From Chiloscyllium plagiosum (taxonomy: Eukaryota), in contig NC_057719.1 in assembly GCF_004010195.1 (NCBI RefSeq), positions 39,484,252 through 39,548,251 on the forward strand: a DNA stretch of 64,000 nt. Reading direction: 5' to 3'. Under the pieces are notes generated by a model. It had not been told where the DNA came from. It was given only the letters and a program-made list of their open reading frames with translations, and ran no database searches. The stretch's first letter is position 1. The number at the start of each line of letters is the position of its first letter. Of this stretch, positions 37,969 to 50,340 are shown piece after piece. The position numbers were made by a program, and so were the translations under genes.

Positions 37969-39903
37969 TGACATAGAAAATTGAGGACTAGACCAAATAT
38001 TAGAAGGTATTTAAATAAATTCTTCACAATATATAATCATGTACAAAGAAACAGTAAATATGATATTTATGTTTAACTTCGATGTAAATTTCAGTATCTA
38101 GGTCATTGACTTAGATTTGATTATACCCAAAAGATGAATGGGGTCACATTTTGAAAATTGTAGTGTTTGATCTAAAATTAGAACTGCAAATTACAGGCAA
38201 TTTTTAAGTCCAGGCAAGAAATTATTAGTGCATACGCTTTACTACTGTTTAATTTTAGCATGTTGTCAGCAAATAAATTTTGAAATTGATCCTATTCTGT
38301 TTTTTACTTAATTTATTCATGAGCATCACTGGCTCGACCAACATTTATTGCCCACCCTAATTACCCTTGAAAAGGTGACGATTAGCTGCCTTCTGGTGTA
38401 AACCTTGGAGAAGGGAATTCTGGATTTTGTAGAACCATAAAATTTTGCATTAGAGAAGGAGGCCACACGGCCTATCATGCTGGTTCCATTTTGACCCAGC
38501 AACAGTGAAGGAACACTGTTCCACGACCAGGTGGTATGTGGCTTGCTGGGGAACTTACAGGCGATGCTGTTCCTTTGTGTTTGCTGCCGTTGTCCTTCTA
38601 GGTGTTAGCTGTGTGAGTATAAAAGGTGCTTTTGGAAGAGCCTTGATGATTTACTACAGTGCACCTTGTAGATAGTACACTCTGCCACTGTATGTCAGTG
38701 ATGAAGGGAGTGAAATTTGAAGGTAGTGGATAAGGTGCTGATCAAGCAGGCTAACTTATGCTGGATGGAGTCAAGATACTGTTATTTGTTTGGAACTATA
38801 CTCTTTGGCAAGTGGAGAGTATTCCATCACGTTCTGACTTGTTCCTTGTAGATTGTGAACAGACATTGGGAAGAAAGGAAGCAGGTTATTCACTACAGAA
38901 CTCCTAACCTCTAACCTGCTGTTCTATCCACATATTTGTATAGCTGTTTCAGTTCAGTTTCTGGACAATAATAAGCCTCAAGATGTTGATTGTGGGGATT
39001 CACTGATGGTAATGCCATTGAACATCAAAGGCTAATGGTTAGATTCTCTCTTGTTGCAAGTGTTATTGCCTGGCATTTAAGTGGCACAAATGTTACTTGC
39101 CACTTTCCTGCCCAAACTTGGATACTGTCCAGGCCTTGCTGAGTTTGAATGGACTGCTTCAGTACCTGAGATTATACAAATGGTTCTGAACATTGTGCAA
39201 TCATTAGAAAGCATCCTCACTTCTGACTTTAAGATGGAGGGGAGGTCATTGTTGAAGTAGCTGAAGATGGTTGGGCATAGGACATTATCCTGAGGGTAAG
39301 TGCTATCCTAGGGCTGAAACAATTAACTTCTAATAATCATAACCATCTTCTTAGTGCCATGTATGTCTCCAGCCAGCAGAAAGATTTCCCCCGACTTCTT
39401 TTGACTTCAATTTTCCTCAAATTCTTTGATTCAGTACTTGGTTAAATACTTCCTTGGTGTCAAAAGCAGTAACTCTCACCTCTTCACTGAAATTCAGCTC
39501 TTTTGTTCATGTTTGGATTAGGGCTGTAACACACTCAAGACCCAAGTGATCCTGGGAGAATCCAAATGGACTGTCAATGAGCAAGTGCTGGAAAGCACTG
39601 TCAAAATCTCTTTATAGATAGATGTTTGGCTAGGTTGGATTTGTCCTGCATTTTGTATTTGGGATGTATCTGGGTAGTTTTCTACATGGCGTATTGTAGC
39701 TGTACTTGAGCTGCATAGTCAGTTCTAGAGTCTTGAGTACAATTGCTGGAATGTTGTCAGGACCTGGTAGTCTTTGCAGTATCCAATACCTCCAGCTGGT
39801 TTTTTTTATATCATGTGGGATAAATTGAATTATTTGTTGAAAACTAGCATCTGTGATGCTAGGAGTCCAGCAACCACCCATTGCTGATGATGTGGATTTT
39901 TTT

Positions 39904-40218
39904 TTAGATTAGATTACATTACAGTGTAGAAACAGGCCCTTTGGCCCAACAAGTCCACACCGACCCGCCGAAGCGAAACCCACCCATACCCCTACATTTA
40001 CCCCTTACCTAACTCTACGGGCAATTTAGCATGGCCAATTCACCTGACCCTGCACATCTTTTGGACTGTGGGAGGAAACCGGAGCACCCGGAGGAAACCC
40101 ACGCAGACACGGGGAGAACGTGCAAACTCCACACAGTCAGTCGCCTGAGGCGGGAATTGAACCGGGGTCTCAGGCGCTGTGAGGCAGCAGTGCTAACCAC
40201 TGTGCCACCGTGCCGCCC
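39904..40218 (-). mobile_element. HE1 V-SINE, young full-length copy
   Basis: Minus strand gggcggcacggtggcacagtggttagc (A box)...ggttcaattcc (B box), V-domain, (taatc)n tail; CpGs retained. Confidence 0.95.
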
Positions 40219-40249
40219 ATTTGTGGAGCTCCACCTTGTGCTTTTATTT

Positions 40250-40596
40250 TATTCATTCAGGAAAAGAGGATGTTGCTGGCTAGGCCATTTATTGCTGATC
40301 CCTAATTGCCCAGACGGCATTTAAGAGTCAACCACATTACTGTGTGTCTGGAGTCACATACAGGCCAGACCTGGTAAGGATGGTAGTTTCCTTCTCTAAA
40401 GGACATGAGTGAACCAGATGGGTTTTTCTGACAATCAACAATGGTTCCATGGTCATTAGACTCTTAGTTCCAGGTATTTATTGAATTCAAATTCCACCAT
40501 CTGCCATGGCAGGATTTGAACACAGAACCCTAGAACATTACCTGGGTCTCTGGTTTAACAGTCTAGTGATAACAGCACTAGGCCATTGCTTCCCCC
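40250..40596 (-). mobile_element. tRNA-derived SINE sharing its 3' tail with family B LINE
   Basis: Minus strand tggcctagtg (A box), gttcaaatcc (B box); tail gggcaattaggg...aataaatggcctagcc. Confidence 0.8.
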
Positions 40597-42714
40597 AAGA
40601 ATTCCAGAACTTAGATTTGATCGTGTTGATTGTGGAACTGTTTATCTATTGCATTCTATTTTCACTGTTTGGCAAGTAAGTAGTTCTCTATTGTAGCTTC
40701 AGCAAGTTAACACTTTTAGTTATGTCTAGTGCTGATCCTAGCGTGTTCTCCTGCCTCCTTCAACAAGAGTTGTTCTTCTGACTTAGTAGTAACCATAGAG
40801 TGGGGATATTCTGGGCCATGAGTTTATAGATTCTGGTTGAATATAATTCTCCTGCTGATGGCCCACAATGCCTCATGGATGCCAATTTTGAGTTGCTAGA
40901 TATATTGGGCGATGTACAAGATAGTAACATTTACCCATTTAAAAGGTAGCAACATTTCCACTGCACTCCTGAATGCTCTAGGACCTCTGAGATCTGTGCA
41001 GCCTTGGAAAATTTAGAGGAAATATTATGCAGCGATAATGTAACACAGCATTTTGCAGTGAATCCTCTATTGGAAGTTGTGTTTCCAGAGGACTGTATGG
41101 TGGTCACTGCTACCAACACTTGTGAATGGTAGCATCTGCAAAGGGTAGATTGGCGTATACAAGGTTAAGATGATTTTTTGTTTTGTTGGTTCCCAATTTT
41201 TACAGACCCAGTATAGCAACTACGTCATGGTGACTGAGCCTTAAAAACTGTTGGATAAATAGAAATTTGCTACCTTACAGAAATGAACACAATTTTTGAT
41301 AATTCAATATAACCAGATGAAGGAATAAAATATTAATTATAGATCATAACTTCTAACAGTTATTATTTGAGTTGGATAGCATGTCACCTTTTAATTATAT
41401 TGTCATATTAATTATGAACACAATGTGGAAAATTTCATAATTTTGAACTAATGGTAGAAATAAAGTGAGGATATCTAATGCATTATTCTTGACATGCTTA
41501 TATGCAAATCCAGCCACTTTGATCCAAAAGCTGATAAAATCTAGCTACTTTGAGGCAAAAGCCATTGAAAGCAAGAGGAAATCTTAAAATCAATTCTCAG
41601 GTGAGGCAACATTTGCGACGAGAAGAGACGGTTCAACATTTCAGGTGCAGGCCCTTAATGAGAACATGCTCCTGAATGGTTCAGATCGGAAATATCAATT
41701 TGCCTGTGCCCTATAAAGAAAGTACCAAACCTGATTGTTCTTTCCCATTTTTTCTTCAGATTTTCACCATTTATTGTTGTTTAGTTTACAGTTCATTTAC
41801 ATGCACCCAAAAATTTCTTTTCATTTTTTTTTAAAACAGATGTGTAAATTTCTTTTGTCACCTGCCTGCCTTGTGACTTTACAGATATACCTGACAAAAA
41901 AATGACAGCTCTGTTCTATCCTTCACTTTGACATAAGTAAATCCTTGAAAAGAGCACCGAAGTGGGAACATAAGGTACAAAGTAGACCCGACCATCTGAT
42001 TCAGCAGCCAGAATAGGCTATTTGGCCTCTTTTGCTCACTCCGCAATTCAATAAGGTCATGGTTTGATCTGTTGGAGCCTCCTCTCCATTTTTTACCATT
42101 CCATCCAAAGCCTTTGAAAAATTGTCGTGCAATTGTCAATTTGGCTTAGGTAGTGCAAAGCCATGGGTATGTTGAAAATTAATGATTATATACTGAACAT
42201 TTTCGAACATTTAGGTTCTTAGAAAAAGAGTGGGTCTTCAAAATTGGCATTGAAAAAAATGACTGCAATTTTCTAAAATGTTGCACTATGAAGGTCTAAC
42301 CCAAATATACAACAAAAATAATATAAAATTACTCTATGATGTCAATGTGGTATAGATTACCTTTCATTTAGTTTTATTGCCAAAATATGATTTTACTGTT
42401 ACAGTTAGGACAGATTAAATTTAATGGAATCTCCTTGGAATTGCATTTGAAGCTGTCCTCATAACCTACATCTTTGACTGTTGATAGCATTTTTTCCAAA
42501 TTGTTTGTCTGGTTTTATGTGTTATCATATTTGTTCTGTGTGGTTAGCACTATAAAATTATAAAATATTTGTGATATTGCCAATATCAAATGCAGCAGAG
42601 AGGATAAGGATGAAACAACAATTGCTTTACACGGAATGCTGTTTTTAACTAAACAATATAATCTGTGCTGAAATGACAGTATGCAGAATGGAAGAGTTTG
42701 AATTAGAAAAGAGG

Positions 42715-45440
42715 GAGACAACTTGTGGTAGTAATGGCACTGCAGTTATCCAGAGACCCAAGCTACCAAGTAATATAAGTTTGAATCCCACAATAGCAGA
42801 TGGTGGAATTGGAGTTCAGCTAATAAATCTTTATAAGCTGGTATATTGGTGACCAAATATTATTGTTGATTTTCAAATCTGCTCTCTGACATATATATGA
42901 TTCCTAAAACTGGGAGAGTTGTTCTTCAGCTAGATCAAGTAAAAGTCTGGCATACTTACGCTGAGAGAATTATACCTTATAGGCAATGTCCCATGTACCA
43001 CCACCACCACTATCGGAACAACAGAAGAGCTAAGAGGGAGTTACCAAGTACTTTATTTCAACTCCAATCCCCTGATATCTCATGGTATCAGGTCATTTAT
43101 GGGCAAGGGAACCTCCTTGATTACTATTTAACATCTCACTTCAGCTGAAGATGTATTCCTCATGTTGAATACCAATTGGAAGAAACACTGAAGGTGGCAA
43201 GAGCACAGAATTGATTTTGGGTGGAGGACATCAATGCACCACTGCTGAATAAGCTGGCCGAATCCTAAGGGAGACTGTTGCCAGACTGGAGACAGATAGT
43301 AAGACAGCAAATGAAAGGGAAAAACTACTTGACCCCATCTTCAACTATCTATGACAGAAGCTTCTGTCCATGGCAGTATTGTTGGGAGTGACCACTGCAC
43401 AGTTCTTGTGAATTCCCATCTTCACATTAAGGATATTCTCCATTGTGTTGCATGGCACTGCCAAAGTATTAAATGGGATAGATTTAAGACAGATCTAATA
43501 ACTCAACACTGAGCATCCTTGGGCCATGACAGCAGCAGAATTCTATTCAACCATAATCTGTAACTTAGTGGCCTGGCATATCCTTTGCTCTAACATTACC
43601 ATCAAGCCAGCGGATCAACCCAGGTTCAAAGACATTTGCAGGAAGGATCACCTAAAAATGAGGTGTCAACTAGATAAAGTTACAACATGCTAAACAATGG
43701 AAGCAGCATGTGATAGAGCCAAATTATTCCCCCACCAACAGATCAGATCTAAGCTTTGCAATACTGTCGAATCCAGTTATGAAAATATTGAAGAATAAAA
43801 CAACTAACTGGATGTAAAATGCAGAGAACCCAGCACATCTATGCAAGAGACAAAACTGAAGAATTATGACTATCTTCAGCCAAAAGTATATGATGAATGA
43901 TACATCTCAGCCTCTACTTGAGGCCCCTAGCATCACAGATGCCAGTCTTCAACCATTTTATTTCATTCCAAATGATATCAGGAAACAGCTGAAAGCACCA
44001 GATACTGCAAATGAGCAGTATGGGCCCTGATAACATTCCAGCTGTAGAACTCAAGACTTATGTTGGAGAACTAGCTACACCTGTAGTCAACCTGACAATG
44101 TAGAAAATTCCCCAGTTGTGTCCTGTCTACTAAAAAGCAGGGCAAACCAATCTGGCAAATTACCACACTGTCAATCTATTCTTGACCACCAGCAAGGTGA
44201 TTAAAGGAGTCTACAATAGTGATAAGCAATGGTATATAGAAAGCAATAAGCTGCTCACTAACACTCAGTTTGTGTTCAGCCAAAGCCATTCAGTTCCTGA
44301 CCTTATTACAGCCTTGGACAAATGAGCTGAACACCAGCTGTTGACATTAAGGCAGATTTGATTTAGTATGGCATCAAAGAGCCCTACAAATATTTTTCAA
44401 AACTAGCTAGCCCTAGAGTCAACAGGAATTGGCTGCTGTGGTGGTGTGGGGGTTGGGGTAGGTTTCAGCTGGTTGGAGTCGTACCTAGCACAAAGTAAGA
44501 TGGTTGTTTTTCTTGTACGTTAATTACCTCAGCACCAGGAGTTTGTTGGAAGAATTCCTTGGTGGTGTCCATGCTCAACATCTTCAGCTGCTTAATCAAT
44601 GACCTTTCCTCCTTCATAAGGTCAGAAGTGGGATATTTGCACAATGTGCGCACCATTCATGACTCATACTGAAACAGCCTGTGTGCAAATGCAGAGGACC
44701 TGGATAATATTCAAGCTTGACTGATGAGTATCATGCAACAATCATAACACAAGTGCCAAGGATTGGCCATCTCCAACAATGGAGAATCTAGCCATCATCC
44801 CTTGCCATTCATTAGCATTACCATCACTGTTGACTTCTCCCACTGTCAAGATCCTGGTGAATACCAGTGACCAGAAACTGAACTTGAACTGGCATATACA
44901 TATTGTGACTACAAGAGCAGGTCACAGGCTAAGAATTCTGTGATGTGTAGCTCACCTCATGTCTCTCCATCTCCTGTCCACAACCTACAAGGCATAAGTC
45001 AGGAGTGTGAAGGAATACTCTGAACCTGTCTGGATGTAGACAACTCCAACTCAAGAAACAGAATCCAGAAGAAAGCAGCCAACTTGGTTGGTATGCCAAC
45101 CACCAGCATCTTCATTCACTCACTTCATCAGGGATTCACCGTGGTAGCAGTGTGTATCATCTGCAAATTGCATTTCAGCATCTCATTAAAGCTCCTTCAA
45201 AAGCACCTTCCAAACAGTGAACTCCTCCGCCAAGAAGTAGTTCCCCTCCAAGCTACACACCATCCTGACTTGGAAGTATATTGTTGTTTCTTAACTGTCA
45301 CTGTGTCAGAGTGCTGGAACTCCTTTCTTAATAGTACTTTGGTATACCTACATCCAAAGGCAGTTCAAGACAATGGTTCAACATCACCTTCTCCAGGCCA
45401 GTTAGGAATGGGCAATAAATGTGACACCTGCATCCTAGAA
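42715..45440 (+). mobile_element. Long family B LINE with a SINE-like 5' head
   Basis: Endonuclease remnant (SDH-like gagtgaccac), GPDNIPAVELK, FSCLINDL, WNSFLN; 3' aataaa. Confidence 0.8.
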
Positions 45441-47111
45441 ACAGTGCAACAGTGTTGTAGCTCAAACATTGAGCATCAGTTGGAGAAATTAGTGAAATCT
45501 TAAGATGAGTTGTTCTGATGTGAAGGTGATGTATGATTGGCTGAAAGGAGGAACAGTACTGGAGAACAAAGACAAGTCAAAATCAACCAGCAGCGGACTG
45601 AGTCATTTGGGTTGAGAATGGTCTTAAATGGAGGAAAAGAATTGGGGTTATTTCTCAGATGAAGTGTCAGTATTTAAAATCTGTTAAAATAATTCAATTT
45701 CCTTGGTTTTGAATGTAGTAACATAGTTCATGTGAGTCTGCTTTTCCACACTATCTCTATTCTATTATTTTGTTGGTACGCCAATATGTTACAATACTTT
45801 GTAAAATTGCATAGTTCTGTGTATAACACAATTTTGTGGTAACACCCAGATTATCCTGTTGTACTTGATTTTATTTATCTACACAATTACTTGATTTTTT
45901 ATTTCTGCCACATTCAGTGTATAAGATTGGTGCACTTAGATTATCCTTTGCATAATATTTTCCTCTGTGGCTTTATTGTGACCTGTTACTAACCATGCTG
46001 AGAATATGAAAATGCATTTCAACATTTTATACATTCCTGTTCAGCTGTAAAGGTGACAAAATAGTCTGTTGTATGGTTAAATTGTGTGATTGATGCAATT
46101 TGCTACTGGATAAGATTTGTCTTTCTTAGCTTTTACCTTCTTTATCTGTAACAGTTTGTTTCTTGTCTTGGATATTCTGTTTACTTTTGGTTGTTTTTAT
46201 GGTTCTTTTCCATTTCTGATCCCTAAGACTTTCATCCATCGCAGTTCCTTATCTCAAGAACCTAATTCAAAATTTATAGAAATGGGAATATCCACTACTC
46301 AGCAGGTGTTCCTTGCATGGCTTGCCAAAAGTAAGTCAACTATGGTAGATGTGAAGGCAGTGATAGACATCCAGCAAAAGTGACTGACTTTTCAATTTCT
46401 TGATCAGAAAAAAATTGGGCTAAACAATACATAGGGCTAAATTCAGAACATGGGTTCTGAGCCTGCACTTACTGAGAGCAGGACTGGGTTAGTGATTTTA
46501 CTATGGGTGGACCTCTAATTTGTATACAATCAAAAATTCAGGGCAGCACAAGTTGCCTAGTGCTGCTGTCCCATTCAGAATACTGCAAAGAGAGATAAGT
46601 GCTGCTGGGGTATGGACGTCATCCTGGAGATATGTCAAAATGGAGATTCTGTCCAACAGGTATGTAAAAATTAAAATTTAAGGTCAAGAGCAATAGACCA
46701 CACTGAATGGTGGTAAAATCTCTCCTGTTAGCTAGCTGGTGCAACAGTGATGTCCTCCCTTGCTCATGGCCTTCTCATTTTAACTATGAAGTCTCAATGG
46801 TATTAGGAAACTGCCAGTCACCACATGAAATGACCTTTAACATGGACTAGAACTATACAAATCAGCTGCCTATTTCCTTGGAGTCCAACAAGCCACCTCT
46901 CAGTATGCTGAGATAGTTCTCTCCTGAGATAATTCCATTTTACTGGTTTTCCTGTCATCTGGGAGCTAGTAGTATTCTGAGCATTGTTTGAAGTAAAAAG
47001 AATTATATGCATGTATAGGGTGTGAAATTTTCTGTTAAATAAATTGGTGAAAGGATCTTACAGGGTTATCACACTTGACATCACTAACTTTTGGTGTTTT
47101 GATTTTAATAG

Positions 47112-47168
47112 ATAGTATCTGCAGTGCAGTACTGTCATCAAAAGCAAATTGTACACAGAGATCTGAAG
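47112..47168 (+). CDS. MARK3: MARK kinase coding exon (57 bp), IVSAVQYCHQKQIVHRDLK (catalytic loop)
   Basis: Acceptor ttttgattttaatag, donor gtaagt; HRDLK motif; phase 0-0. Confidence 0.95.
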
Positions 47169-47213
47169 GTAAGTCCTCCCAATGTTTAGTTCGTATGCAA
47201 AGTTATAACAGGA

Positions 47214-47946
47214 CAGAGGAACCTCGATTATCTGAACGACATGGGTGGACACCATTTCGGTTTGGATAATTGATTATTCGATTAATTTCCTGTGGGGCTC
47301 AGAGTTTCCTGTGAAGTCTGCCCTGCCCACTCCCCAACCCTGTCCAACAATGCCCCAAACCCTGGCCCACCCCTTCTGCCCGAAACCCACCTGCCCCCCA
47401 CACCACCTCCCCTGCCCCGCCATCCCTGCCCCGCCCCAATCCCGCCCACTCCCCTGTCAACCCCACCCACCATCCAACCCCCGTCCACACTCCTGCACCC
47501 TGGCCGACCCCCCCACCTCCAGAGCAGCCGGACTGAACACCAATACACCACACCTTTGTGTGGCAAATCTCCAAACAGCACACATACATATGCATATAAT
47601 CTTTTACTGTAACTTTTTGACGAGTTCAACCTTTGCTCAACCAATGTTGGAGAGATTATCTGGGGAAGGGGGCTTCAGGGTACACCCCTGTGTAGAACTT
47701 CAGGGCAAGTGTGGGGGGGGAGTGCAGTGCAGAGAGAGGGCAGGAGGTCATTCATTTGGAAACTGTGCCTGGACTGCCCAGGACTGTTCTTGGCAGCATT
47801 TCAGTGAGCTCAGTTCGTTTTTAATCATTGTACCTGTAAACAAAAGACACGATCAGGGTTGAAACAGCTCTTTCACGTAATGTTTCTATCGGGACCTCAA
47901 GATCTCCTTCAGATAATCCGATATTTGGATAATTGAGGTTCCTCTG
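47214..47946. mobile_element. pogo/Tigger-like MITE
   Basis: TIRs cagaggaacctcgattatctgaa (47214-47236) and tttggataattgaggttcctctg (47924-47946), 20/23 match; TA on the right flank. Confidence 0.88.
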
Positions 47947-49116
47947 TATTAGCTGGCAATCTATTCATTTTCTGTATTTTAATATGTTAACCTTCCAGTA
48001 ATTTCGTTAATTCGTATTTGAGGGTGTTATTAATTTTGTTTTATATGCATAATAATTCTGGGAAAAGTATCAGTTTTACTCGGCATTTATGTCCTGTTAT
48101 AAAGACAGAAGTAGTCTTTGATTTCTGAATGAAGATAGTGAGAAATTTGTACCCATCTGCAGAATTTCTACCCAGTACGTTCTTTCTCCCCAGAGAGATG
48201 CACAGGTCCAGAAATAATGAGTGCAAGATAGCAGAATCATGTCTTAAGGATTATAAAGTATGCTACTGACATCTAACCAGTCCTACTTATCAGAGCTACT
48301 TTTCTCTGCTTGTCAGCTAAAACTGTAAGCCCAGTTTGGCTTGCAAACTTTTCTGTAATTTAGTGGGAATACTCAGCCCTATGTGACAGTTCTACATCTT
48401 TAATTTCCATTAGTTGTCCACAATAGCTGATCGATCATTAGCAGTGTTCTTGAGTAGTGCAGAGCTGCCTATTTTGAGTTTCAAATGACTAATTCTGCCA
48501 CAAAGAGTTGGCCCGTTTTTGAGCTTCTTTGCCAGGTGTAAATATTGGATGACCTTGAACTCTCAATGATCCTCCTTGACTCACACAATAGATTCTACCC
48601 AGAAACCAAACATTCTGTCGCCATACCTTATTTTCATGAATTCCACTGTACTTCCTCTGTCCAGAAGATACACATTCAGCTAACTCATTTAGCTGTTACA
48701 TCTCAAACTAGTTGACCTTCAATTCAAAAGCAATTTGATTTTGTCTGCATTTGTCTTTTGAATTTTGTCCTGCCATAAGTAATGTTGAAGATTAAAAGGG
48801 ATGCAATATTAATTTAGGTTAATAGTATACAGAAACAACTTGGGTAGTTAAATGTTATCCATTCATGTTTGACCAAAAGATTTGACAGTGGGTTCTCTGA
48901 AGGTGCTTAATAGTCACAGAAGGGTAAACTTTGTCTCAAGATGCAGACATTCTGGCTTTTTTCATTTTCTTCGATTTTTATACCTGTGAAATTATTTTTA
49001 ACTAAAATTACTCTTTCCCTCTCTGCTAAATGCTGCTCTCTGTAAGTACACGGGGGGAATACATTATTTGCATGCCATTTCCTTTGATTTGCAGAACTTC
49101 GGTTGAGGTCAAAATG

Positions 49117-49712
49117 TGACATTAAAGTATAGGAGTTGGGAATTCACTTTGAGGTTGTACAGGACATTGGTGAGGCCTCTTCTGAAATACTGTGTCCAGT
49201 TCTGGTCACCCACTTATAGGGAGGATATTATTAAACTGGAGAGGACTCCGAAGAGATTTACCGCCATGTTGCTGGGTATGGAAAGTGTGAATTATAAAGA
49301 AAGGCTGGGACTTTTTTCATTGGAACGTAGGAGCTTGAGAGTTTATCTTATCGAAGTTTATAAAATCATGAGGGGTATATACTGAGTTAATGGTACTTGC
49401 CTTTACCCTACGATGGGGAATTTCATGACTAGGTGGTGTACTTTTTAAGGTGAGAGGAGAGAGATTTTGAAAAAGACATAGGAGCAAAATGTTTTTACAC
49501 ACAGGAGAGTTCGCACATGGAATGAACTTCCTGAGAAAGTGGTGGATGTGAGCACAATTACAACATTTAAAAGACATTCAGATAAGTATAGGAACAGGAA
49601 AGGTTTGGAGGGATATGGGTCAGGACTGGGCAGGTGGGAATAGTTTAGTTTGCGATTATGGTCAGCGTGGACTGGTTGGACTGAAGGGTCTGTTTCTCTG
49701 CTATATGACTCT
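49117..49712 (+). mobile_element. CR1/HER1 3' end
   Basis: LYRTLVRPLLKYCVQFWSP...LFSLERR (ORF 49116..49385). Confidence 0.9.
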
Positions 49713-49878
49713 TGTTTTCATTTAACTTCGAGAAAGTAAGAAATAAGTCTTTTCCTTGTTGAACTTTTGTTAAAGTAGTTTAATTTATTAGATATAATGG
49801 GAGAATTTGCAAATTGAATGTTTCTATCCATGTTTTTAATTTATAGTTTGATCATTTACTTTATGTTTTTAAACCTAG

Positions 49879-50160
<282 letters not shown>

Positions 50161-50197
50161 TAAATGACCACATGATGGTTTTCTTTTTCCTTATTCT

Positions 50198-50340
50198 TCA
50201 ACCAACATCATGGAAATAGATTTCTGGTTTGAAATCTTGCTGTCAAGTTTCCTGTGTTACAATACTAACTACACTTTAAAAAGTACTCCGTTGGCTTATT
50301 AGCTTTACTAAAGTTGTGGAAGTTGCGATGTAGTTGTAGG
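50198..50340 (+). mobile_element. Deu-SINE 3' fragment
   Basis: caaccaacatca...gtttcctgtgttacaa...ctacactttaaaaagtact, similar to 6050-6240. Confidence 0.5.

Larger units (their letters stand above)
38305..41230 (-). mobile_element. Long family B LINE with nested SINEs
   Basis: GPDNIPAIVLK; 3' tail tttattcatg at the left end; homologous to 42715-45440 in inverted orientation. Confidence 0.8.

Noticed and set aside
40130..40218. tRNA gene-like A/B boxes
   Set aside because: They are the head of an HE1 SINE, continuous with its V-domain and LINE-derived tail.
47245..47862. 205-aa Pro-rich ORF and overlapping Gly-rich ORFs
   Set aside because: By-product of the C-rich low-complexity tract inside a TIR element; no domain motifs.
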